Origin: Trichodelitschia bisporula
Taxonomy: Eukaryota
Assembly (NCBI GenBank): GCA_010356995.1
Contig: ML996688.1
Coordinates: forward strand, 310,001-374,000
Length of the DNA stretch: 64,000 bases
Direction of reading: 5' to 3'
Position 1 is the first letter of the stretch. The number at the start of each line of letters is the position of its first letter. Made by a program: the position numbers and the translations under genes. This document shows, in pieces, positions 50,755-61,497 of this stretch. The notes under the pieces are model-generated. The model was given only the letters and a program-made list of their open reading frames with translations, was not told the origin of the DNA and did no database searches.

Positions 50755-53244
50755 CGTCACCCGAATGATGGAAGGGAGGAATGAGTGTCAAGATGGTGAA
50801 AACTGCTCTTCCCGAGTATAAGTTTTGGCTCCTCCAAAAGAGAAGATGTACTTTTGAATCGAGACCGGTTGCGAGACCGACTCGAGATATTACCCATGTG
50901 CGGATCATGCCGGCTCTGACGCTGCTATGACGGCACTCGTGTATACTTAAGTCAGTCCTTCCGTAAGTGGCCGCCAGGCCTGGGTACATATTCTACGAGC
51001 TTCTCGCGGCGTATGTAGAGTGATTCTTTACCACAATTCAGTGTCATCACCAATAATGTTGCTGCTGTGCTGAGCCGTGACGTGCGGACATACTTCCGGC
51101 TCGGCATTGCAGTTGATGGAGATAATCTTTCCGCAGAATCCGGAAATAAAATCACGAAAGGATTCTACGGTAGATAAAATGCCATGCCGCATCACACGAA
51201 TCTTGAGATTGAAGAGGCAATTGGAAGCAAATGGTGGCAGCGGCGTCCTGCAGCTAGCCCGTCAGCCGTCCCGTCGTGGGACGTACGGTACCACACGGGC
51301 CGGCGGCGCCGGCAGCCAGGGTGATGCGCTAGACGGGACTCCACATGTACTACGGTACGTACCGTACGTTGCGTACGCCTCTCGGCAGCCTCATGCGTGC
51401 GAGTTGCGGGACAGCAACCCTCATTATCAGCTCACGTGGTGCGTGTAGCGACACCGGTGGACCGTTGCATTGGCTGGTGTACCGGTAGATGGATATATGG
51501 CATCTAAGCGGCAACACCGACGAGCGTGCAGCAGGCAACAGTCGGGGGGGGGGGGGGGGATGCAAGCAGCATGGCACCTCATTTGTTCCAGAACTGAGCT
51601 GTACGCACGAGCTGGGTTGCCGCCGACGGTTCCTGGCCAAACCCGGAGCATGGTTGTGATGGGCCACAAGGGTCGGCGAGTTCCGTAAGCTGGGGGGGCT
51701 GGAAGATGGTGGTAGCACAGTTCTTACTCGAGACCGCCAATTCGTACGTCCGGCACGAGGGGGCGGGGATGGAAAGGCGATGTGGGGTGGTGGTGACGGG
51801 ATTGAAAGGCGGAGTAGCGGAGAGTGACGACGACAATCGATAAAAGTCGGGGTAGCCGAAGAGAGTAGGGATAACCGAGTGAAGCGCGACAGCCGCTACC
51901 CCGCGCACTGAAAGGGACAGCCGCGCGGCCAAAAGTGTTTCAGGGCAACATGTTGCGGCGGGTGTAAGCGCGCGGCGGCTTCACCGGGCGCTCTAGGGAG
52001 CTCCCCCTGATGATTTGCCGCGGAGGGTTTGGGGTTTGCCTTCCTGACGCCCCTGCGAACGGACCCCGTCCCGGCCACAGCTCTGCAAGGCGGGCACGGA
52101 CAGACTCTGTTTGCCTGAGGCTCTGGCGCCTTTTCCTCCCCAAGCGCCGCCAGACAAGGATCAATCCCAGACTTGTCGCTTTCGTCGTCTCGTCTTCTCT
52201 CCTTACGGGCAAGCACGTGCCAAGAGCCTTAGAGAGAGAGAGAAGAGACGCGAGGAAGAAGAGAGGGCGCCACACTATCTGAGCACTAGTCACTAAGGAG
52301 GGACCTATTTCAACTTCTATCACATCCTACTATCCTAGCTCCCACCCTCGCAGCCCCCCTCTCAACCCATCCACACACCATACCACCCCCCCAATCCTTC
52401 ACAACCTTCTTTCCGTCCGTTTCTTCCCTCATAATTATTTGGTCCACCACCACTTCCACCACCGTCACCCGCAATTCTCCTCTGTTTGGCCTGAACCACA
52501 ACCAACCCACCCAAACCCCCCGCCTCCTCCCTCCCCTTCCCGTCCCCCATCTCCATCATCCCTCTCCACTCAATCCACATCCTTCCCTTCTCCTCACTAC
52601 TACCACCCACCCCTTCCACTCGCCTTCCCACCCCCCCAAATTAAGCTTCTGGCCCGGCCAGGCCTGCCTTCCCTCCGCGGCGCAACTCTTTGCTCGACTT
52701 CACGTTTCCTCCCCACTCCATCACTTTCCCTCCCACCTCCACCTCTCACCACCCTCCCGACGTCAACCTCATCACCAGAATTCCATCAGACGGCAGCTTC
52801 ATCAAGAATATTCAGCTCTCTAGCCGTCTCTGCTGGACTCGCCCTAGCTTGCTCCATCCAATCCAGAAAAAAAAAGCACCCCTCCATCCCCCGCTTCGCG
52901 CCTGGCTAGCTTCTGATCCCAAAACGCGTCGCTTCAATTGAGCCTCCACTCTTCCTTGCCTCCCAACTGGGCGAGCAGCTTGCTCCTTCTTTTGCGCCTT
53001 GCGCCTTAACGACAACTTCTCGTCGCCTCAGAGGAAATAACCTTCCTCTCCCTGATCCTCTGTCTCTCTGCTCCCCAGAGACACCACCCGCCCTGCGACA
53101 AGCCTGTTGAAGGTCGTGCGCCACATCCGTCCAGCCACCCACTGCTTGACGTTATTCGGACAACCAAAAAAACCTCGGCGCGCAGCGAGACGCTCAACCA
53201 CACTTTCATTGAAAGAGTCTCCAAACAACTACCTGCAAGACGCG

Positions 53245-56224
53245 ATGTACAATTCCCATCGAGGCATGGTGCCGCAGCCCCCTCCGCCGCCTCAGAGCAA
53301 CCGCCTAGGCGACCTCCTCGAGCAAGTTCGTCAAGAGTTTGACACTCAGGCGGGTCGTGCTGGCGAGTACGAGCAACAACGTAAGTTTCCCATGTGCTGT
53401 TCTTTCCCGCGACTTGGCTTTCGGAGTCGGCCGCCTGCCCTTTGGCGATGCCTTTGAGCGCCTTACGTCTCTTTCTATGGGTTCCGTTTGGAACCCGGCC
53501 CCCCTCGTCTCGCCCCATCATGCTCATTAGCTGACTCGCTTTAAGTGTCTACCCAAATCCACGAAATGGAGATTGTGAGGCGCAAAATTTTCGAGCTCGA
53601 GCAGGCCCAGCTGCAGATCAAAGCCAAGTACGTTGACAACTTCACCGCGCTGCAGGTCCATACCGCAGTCCTGCGAGCCTCCACTCCATATTGCTGTGAA
53701 ACAATCTGACGCTCCGGTAGATACGAGGAGGATATAGCACGTTTGCGTCATGAGCTGGAGTCTCGCGGAGGCCCTAATCAGGCATCGCATGTTGGAGGTC
53801 CCTCTCACGGCCCGGCTGCCCAGCCGCCTCCTGCTGTTGGACACGGGCCGAGCAACCTCTTCGGCGGGATCATGGCCGGCAATGCTCAAGGCGGTCCGGG
53901 GCTTGCCCCTCCCCCGCAGGAGCCAGCGCAACCCCAAGGGCTCCCACCGCATATGGCCCCAGGCCAAGGCCCACCTGGGCTGAATCCCCCCCCTGGCCCT
54001 CCCCCTCCTACCTTTGGAGGCTACCAGACCGGGCCGTCTGCTAATGGTATGTACGGCGTCAAGAATCCGAGATGATGAGATGGAGTTTCACATGTTACGA
54101 TATTCTTCGGCATTGGTCCTTTTTTTTCTCTACATGCGAGCCATTCCCAAGCCTCTCGGCCCCTTGTGACAGTTTTGCCTCGTTCAGCCATCCGTTACTG
54201 CCCATCCATCTGTCCCTCTCCACCCCTCAGACCAACAGCTAATTCCTGCCTGTAGGATATCCGCAACCCCCTCCTCCCACTTCATCTCCCGGCCCTGGCC
54301 GAGGTCGTGGCCGTGGGCCGCCCGGCCCGGCAACCCCTCAACAAAACACAGCGGCACCGTATCCGGGATCGCCTCAAGTTCCCCGTCCGACGCCCCCTCC
54401 TGGCCAGGTGCAGAACCAGCAGCTGACGTTGCAAGCCCAAGTACCCCCAAATGTTGGCAACAGCTTGGCTGAGCTCGATCCTGACCAGGTTCCGCCGCAT
54501 CTGAAGCGTGAAGGCTCCGACTGGTATGTGGTCTTCAACCCACGCGTTCGTCGCGTCCTCGATGTGGACCTGGTCCACAACCTGCCGCACCAGAGTGTGG
54601 TGTGCTGCGTCCGCTTCAGTCTGGACGGCCGTTTCGTCGCGACCGGGTGCAACCGTTCGGCGCAGATCTTCGATGTGGAGACTGGCCAGATTGTTGCCCT
54701 CCTCCAGGACAACAGCCTGTCGGATGAAGGGGATCTCTACATTCGCAGCGTCTGTTTCAGCCCTGACGGCAAGTACCTCGCAACCGGTGCCGAAGACAGG
54801 ATCATCCGCGTAAGTTGTCGTTCTAGTTGCTAATGCCCGGCTAACGGAAACATTCAGGTCTGGGACATTGCTTCTCGTCAAATCAAGATGCAATTCACCG
54901 GTCACGAGCAAGATATCTACTCGCTCGACTTTTCGCGCGACGGCCGCATGATTGCCTCTGGCAGCGGCGATCGTTCGGTCCGCTTGTGGGATGTCGAGAC
55001 TGGCCAGATGCGCCTTTCTCTGACCATTGATGACGGTGTGACCACTGTCGCCATTTCAAATGACAACCGTTTCGTTGCGGCTGGCTCGCTGGACAAGAGC
55101 GTCCGCGTGTGGGACACCGCCTCGGGCTACCTTGTTGAGCGTCTTGAAGGCGAGAGCGGCCACAAGGATAGTGTCTATTCTGTCGCCTTTGCCCCCAACG
55201 GTAGGGACCTCGTCAGCGGCAGTCTAGACAAGACGATCAAGATGTGGGAGCTCTCCGCGCCACCTCGCATGGTGACTCCTCAGGCGCGTGCCGGTGCTAA
55301 GTGCATCCGGACGTTTGAGGGTCACAAGGTATACGCTCTTTGAAGGAGGTGATGTAACGAATAGCTGACAGTTTGACAGGACTTCGTGCTGAGTGTTGCG
55401 TTGACTCCTGATGGCGCCTGGGTGCTCAGTGGCTCTAAGGATCGCGGAGTTCAGTTCTGGGATCCGAACACTGGCACAGCTCAGTTGATGCTTCAAGGCC
55501 ACAAGAACTCTGGTAAATCACCTTCCCCACTGACCTGCGCGCGGAGATGGGGATTCTGGTCACGCTGCTTTCGTCAATCGATGCGCCTGGGTTACACATG
55601 ATCCCGTACCTTGCTAACTTCATTCCAGTCATTTCTGTGGCTCCCAGCCCGACCGGCAAGCTTTTTGCGACAGGTAGCGGAGACCTGCGTGCTAGAATCT
55701 GGAAGTAAGTTGATGTACATCCATTGCTTTGTGCAACGGACACTCCCCTTTCTGCCCAATATTGGCATTACCTCCGCCCTCCAGCGCCTTGTCACTTCAG
55801 TGCCCGGCTTCGGAGGTTCGACATCCTTGTCGCCGTTGGCAAGGGGACTCCCACCTGAAGCGAGCCCCCACGCCAGCGACGCCCAAGAATGCGCCACACG
55901 CCTCCCCGCGCAAGCAGCGCACAAGCCAGTATTGGCAGTGACAAACCACATCTCTCCCCGTCCTCCCCCCCCCGATATCGGTGCAGCGTCCGAGACACGC
56001 CGCCGTGTGCTCGGAGCCACGCCGTCGGGATGCACCTTCTTGGCATCAAATACCTGCCCGAGCACCCCGCCCCCTCACTCCTGCGTTATCTCTCCCCGCG
56101 TCAGCATACATGATAATAATCGGGGCGCTGGGGGCGTCGTTTTCCATGATCCCCATTCGACCCATGCACCTGGGACTTGTGCTAACGTCGTCATAGGTAT
56201 GAGCCGTACCACGGTCCGCAGTAG
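53245..56224 (+). CDS. TUP1: General transcriptional co-repressor Tup1/Rco-1/RcoA (Tup_N + WD40), multi-exon
   Basis: [14 protein letters not shown] (Tup_N) and [18 protein letters not shown]40 motifs [78 protein letters not shown] and GHKNS. Last exon KYEPYHGPQ* ends at 56224. Confidence 0.97.
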
Positions 56225-57320
56225 GAGGCGCCTTGCTATACGGCGACATCACGGTCCTGCAAGTGCTCGGCATCAATACACTTTCGCTCCACAATGATCC
56301 TTTCAAAAAGCAAAATTACCTCCCACCGTCGGCCCCCCGTCATCGTGCTCCGCCCACTCAGCGTTCCACCCGCCCGACTCCCGACTCCCGGCTGGGCACC
56401 ATCAACCGCCGCCGCGGGATAATCTCATGTACTGTGCGACCCAGCGTGGCGGTATCTGTCATGATTCGTCGCGGCTTGTGGTGTGCGCCTACCCTGATTT
56501 CAATGGTGGGAATGCTGAATTTCCTGTCGTGCCCACGCCGTTCTTCTTACTCGCTTCTCGTTTTTGGGTTTTTTTTATCCATGGCTTTTTATGTTTTCCG
56601 GCACTTGGTTGTCGGGCTCTTTTTGGGCGGGAGGCATCGGGGCGCAAAACGGCGGGCGTTGGGCTGGAGCTTGACTCTGCTCTGCTGCTTTGCGTTTCTG
56701 CCCTGGGGACCTTTTTTTTTGCGCGATGGTTATCTTGTAAACGCCAGGTAAGTCTGTTACGGTACTGCCGGCTCCTCTCCTGGGACACTGCTTGTCATTG
56801 GAGCATGGGTGCAATGAATGGTTTTTTTTGGAAGGTTGACTAGGTAGGGTGGGGAGGGGAATTTTCCGGGGGCTCTTTGGGGGCTGGTTGGGTGCTGAAA
56901 TTTTTTTTTTAAGGTGGACGTTTTTAGTCTTGTCGTTTTTTCTTGTTTTTGTTTATGAGTGGGGTGGGTTTATGAGAGTGGTAAAAGTGCTGGTGGTGAT
57001 GTTGGTGATGGTGGTGGTGGGAGGGGGGGGGGGGGTGGAGGGAGATGGGGGGGAGATAGGTAGCTTATGTGATGGGCTTTCGTTGTTAGTGTTTGTATGC
57101 TGTGATGTCCGCGGAGATGGTGTTTCTAAGAGGGACGTGATGGGTCTTCGACAGCACGCTCGGGCATCATTGATCGACAACCCTACCCCACCTCCAACCG
57201 GTGAGGAAATATCAACTTCACTACAGCCATAGCGTGCGGCAAGCGCCATTGATGATTACTTCGGGTATGGTTAGTCCGGTCCCGGGCAATTGGTATAGAG
57301 GGGTTGCTTAGTTACGGTAG

Positions 57321-57658
57321 GTTGATTAGTTGACCTTTTCCCAGCCGCTCTGATATCCCGACTCCCGGGATCCAATGAAGCTATCCATGCGGGGCACTAG
57401 AACTAAAAGGTCACTAACTGGCCGCTAGATGGGAACGGATTTACGAGATTCAACATAGAGAGATTCAAGGGACTTAAACGGAAGTTGATTAGTTCTTATT
57501 TGCTTTTCAGCCGCCTGATATCAAGACTCGCATGGCCAATGAAGCTACCATGCGGAGTACTACCGTAGAACTACGAGCGTGGCCAACTTGCCGTCCGATG
57601 GGGACAGGTTTACGAGATTTGAGATATACGGTAGAGATTTAATGGGCGTAAACGGTAG
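57321..57658. repeat. Degenerate tandem duplication, period 163 bp
   Basis: Copies start at 57321 and 57484 (GTTGATTAGTT) and share CAGCCGC(T)CTGATATC, GACTC, CCAATGAAGCTA(T)CCATGCGG, TAGAACTA, GATGGG, TTTACGAGATT, AGAGATT and TAAACGG in the same order. Confidence 0.85.
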
Positions 57659-58089
57659 ACAGGCTCGTCCACCCAGCCTGCCCGGGCAGCGGGGAGAAAA
57701 TCACGCGCATATCAGACACTCTGCAGACGAGACGACGCCGCGGGTGCCCGGGTGCCCGGGTCCGGAGCATCGAGATAGGCTGTATCGGTGCGAAGTACCA
57801 TTATCATCACCATGACCGTCTACTCCGCAGCAAGGCAGGTGCAATCGCTATCACTAACCGGCGTCTAAAATGCAGCCCAGTGCAGGTGCAATGGCCTCCA
57901 TCACGGCTACGATACTGCATAGCAGCGCAGCGCAGCCCAGTGCCCATACCAGCCTGGGGAGAATGCAGATATGCAGATAACTCCAGGCCACTCGGAAAGT
58001 GTTGCGGCCATCTCCATCCGCAAAGACGCCCGGACAGAAGGGCTATGATTATTTCGGGTGGCCTTGACCCATGACGCTGGAACTCGTCG

Positions 58090-61000
58090 CTACGAAGGCT
58101 CCTCTTGTGGACTGCTGAATGTAAGGTTGCGCCTGCAGCCTGCCACTAGGAATTTACTCCGCTGTCCGGGCCTGGTTGTCGGGCGTGTACCTGCGTCTGC
58201 GTCTGCGTCGGTTGCTGCTTCTTCGCTACGGTTCCGGAGTATCCCCATGCTGTGAGGATGGGTAGGGAGGAAGGCGAGTGCGATTCTGCGCCGCGGCAGC
58301 GGGATGCTAGCCGTCATTGGGTCCGGAGAGATGGGCCGTTCAGCTTGGAAGGAACGACAAGGGGCTGATGAGTCGTGAAGAAGGCAGAAGGTAGACGTCC
58401 AGGCTGTCGACGCCTTCGGAAGGAAACCCAGGAGCGTGGGTGATCGACTAGAAGACGGGACGGGGCAACGGGAGGGAGGAAGGGAGCGGCGCGGCGCGGC
58501 GCGGAATATGGTTCCGCGGTTCGGGATGGCTGTCGTTTGGCTTGTTGAGGTGGACGGGGAGTTTAGTGCCCCTTTTGCTTCCGTCAGAGGTGTTTTGCTT
58601 CGCCACTCCGGAGGTGAGGGAGGACGCTTCGCCCCGCGCCTGGGCTGGATGAGGACGTCGTGGGTTTCAATATCGCCTTTCTTCTTCGGGCGCAGTCCGC
58701 CTTCGGGGACTGTCATCCGCCGCATCCCCTTGCCAGCCTCCAGCGCGAGCACCCGGGCAGACGTTATGTTGTGCCCCAGCTTCGGCATGAAGGGCAGGTC
58801 AGCACCCCCTCACGGGACTACTTTACCTGGTCTGTTGCTGCGATCCGGTTGGGAAGGAGAAGAGGCGTGAGGAGATGCTGCGTTGCGTCGTTTGTGGGGT
58901 GAAGGCGTGTTGTACGTCCCCTGCTGCTCGCAGGAGCTGAGCAGCGCCGCGCGCCCGTCTTGCGTAATAGGGCGAGCTAGAGATGTGGGGCCCGCAACGA
59001 CATTCATGCCTCGCCTCGCCTCGTCACGACTGGCCATTGCGGACGCTGCGAACGAGCGAGTGGGTACGGGATCGGGTGCGGAGGGAAAGGACCAGAGCCC
59101 GATCGGGTCCACAGGCCACACTTTGAGAAGCGGGATTGCGTGTTGTTGTCCGCTCGGGGTTCATTTCCATTTTCCGTTACTTGGTTTTAGTGGTTAACAT
59201 GTTGGTGGAAAAGAAGAAAGTGAGGTGGGGGCGTTCGAGTTGAGTCCAGCCAGTTGATGTTTCAATGCCACCGTGGGATATTTGTTGATGAGCCTTGGCG
59301 AGTCGTGCTGCTCCTAGTCGTCCAGTTCCGCATGGCTGAAGAGATCCCGGGCGTTCGTCAGTGCTCAGACTTCGGCATCGGATCATGTCCATCGCTCGCC
59401 TCCCCATCCCCCGGCGGGCAAGCCACCAGAGGCGAATCACCACTGTGACAGCGTATCAGAGTCGGTGTTCGGAATTTGGCCAAAGGGCACACGAGGTTAC
59501 CTCCGGCATCATGGACTGTCTGGTCTGGCAAAGGAAAAGAGGCTATCGACCATGAAAGGATCAAAAACCATATGTTTTGACATCTGCCACTGCGGCGATC
59601 GGATGTCCGGCATGTGGACCGTAAAGTCCGTCTCCGTGAAGGCTAGCCCTCGGAGGCCATAGCGCAGCATGCGCCTCCTGCGCACGCTGCACATGTCCCT
59701 CTCATTGGATTTGCCTCGATGGGATCGGCGAACCGGGGTCTGCATGTCCCGCCGACCGGCCAATTGGAGGCACGGGGTAACTGGGCTTGGGTGCGGGCGG
59801 GATGGCGACATTGCAGATGCAGCGGGGAGCGCCGTCTTCTTGACGTTTGAAAGGTGGCCATTGCGGATGTTTACCTAGTAGGGAAACTGTGCAGCAGTGT
59901 TGCTGATCAGTAATCCCTTGTCCTTTGGCAGCGACGGATGCTCGGTGGGGATACATCCATACACTCATGCATTCGGCCAAGTCTTGATACAGATTTGGGA
60001 ATACCAGTATGAATGCCCGCTGAATATGATGGCTTTTGTCGCCTGCAGCCTGGCATGGCCGTCCGCAAGCCTTTCTGTTGGTCTACCAGTCTCTGAGGCG
60101 CTTGAGGCACCAATAGCTTTCAAGTGACCGGTCTCATATGCTCTGGCTGTACTTCGTATCGCGTCAAAGCGGTCCATTGCCTTTGAGCTGCTCTTCGCAG
60201 GCTGGGTCGGCTGGGCATCGTCGCCCCTGTGGCGACCCATAGCTTTGAGGGCTTACGGACAGCTTGGAGTTCCGGCTTGTTCCTGAACCCCCGCCAGGGC
60301 GCTGTGACGCAGCTCGTGGGGGATGGGCGTCGCAAAGGACGTTGATCCGGCGTAAGTTGGGATATCGTGCCCAAGCATTGATAGCGAAACACGAGGTTTG
60401 GCGGTCGAGGCTGGTATCAGTGAAAGCAAAAGCATGTTAGCTGAAGACGTGGCAGGTAGTGTTACTCACTCTGATACTCATGGCCACATTACATTACACG
60501 TCCCGCTCTAGAGAGCCATTGAGGTCTCCCAAAGCCAACTGCGCCTACCGCCATCGTCGGCGAAAGAAAGCCGAGACCCAGGCGGTTCATGTCGCTGGCT
60601 GCTTCGGGCAAGATTTTCCATGATTCTCGACCCCGTATGCACTCCAAGAGTATTAACGCAGGCAAGTAAGGCCGTTGGACCTTGGTTCTCGTCAGCATGC
60701 GATGCGGAGTCGTCGAAACCCTGGACGTCTGATGCAATGGATCTCTTCGACAAGGGGTGGTAATCAGACACTTCAATACTGTCGTGTCGCTGACGCTGCT
60801 TGCTGCTGCTTCTGCTGCGCCGTGTTTTGTTCCTAAACTGCCCGGCTGGCGCTTCTCCAGACCCATTCTTGACGCGTTTTGGGTTTTCGTTTGTGGCTCG
60901 GTGACGCCCGATGTTTCTTGCCTTTTCGGGCGCCTTGCAGCTCCAGCCTGCACAAGCCGACAGCCACGTGATTCGGCGCGACTCCCGCAGCAGATTCCCG

Positions 61001-61497
61001 TTGTCGATGGGGAGATTGCCGCGCGCTGTCTGGGGATCGCGTTAGAGGTACTAGGTACACCGGCAGGTCTTGGTCCGAACTTCCGTTGGAACAGTATAGG
61101 TGCCGCAGTCAGTGACAGCTGTTCACGCTAATCTAGAACATGAGTTTAGCAGCGTGTCTCATCGCCGATGACTTATTAGCATAAGAATGGTCTTCATTTT
61201 TCCTTTCCCTTTGGCGCATTCGACGTACCGGTATACCGGCTGACTTACAACCCCGCCTGTTGGCCGTTTTTTTACGACGGTACATCGGGAGCTAGCGACA
61301 CTCGGCCGTTGACGCCTCAATACTGCCCTCAAGCCTACGGGACCGGACCGAGCCCAGGAAGTCGCGTGGCCGCCGTGATGTTGCCGCGAAGTGGTGAGTC
61401 CGGTCATGGATCTTTGATTTGAGGTTGCACCACTTCCTGCGACTTGATGCATGCCGGTCGGAGAATTTTCATCCCATCGGAATTGGGCCTTCTCCAC
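58090..61497 (-). pseudogene. Probable decayed spliced gene (~1000 codons), family unknown
   Basis: Minus-strand ORFs 58090-58788, 58810-59121, 59509-59811, 59965-60240 and 60253-60435 all share one frame. A canonical 59-nt intron (60411-60469, GTGAGT..GCTAAC..CAG) puts ORF 60489-60953 in the same frame. Multiple in-frame stops. Confidence 0.55.

Noticed and set aside
55815..55827. GGTTCGACATCC, resembling a tRNA T-loop/B box, in the TUP1 intron
   Set aside because: The spacing is off by one base and no cloverleaf or A box could be formed.
57250..57353. TGATGA...CTGA as a C/D snoRNA
   Set aside because: No convincing terminal stem and no rRNA-complementary guide that I could recognise.
60757..61131. 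+ strand ORF with a signal-peptide-like HFNTVVSLTLLAAASAAP
   Set aside because: No ATG start, and it overlaps the better-supported minus-strand relic; the Ala/Leu run comes from a GCT repeat.
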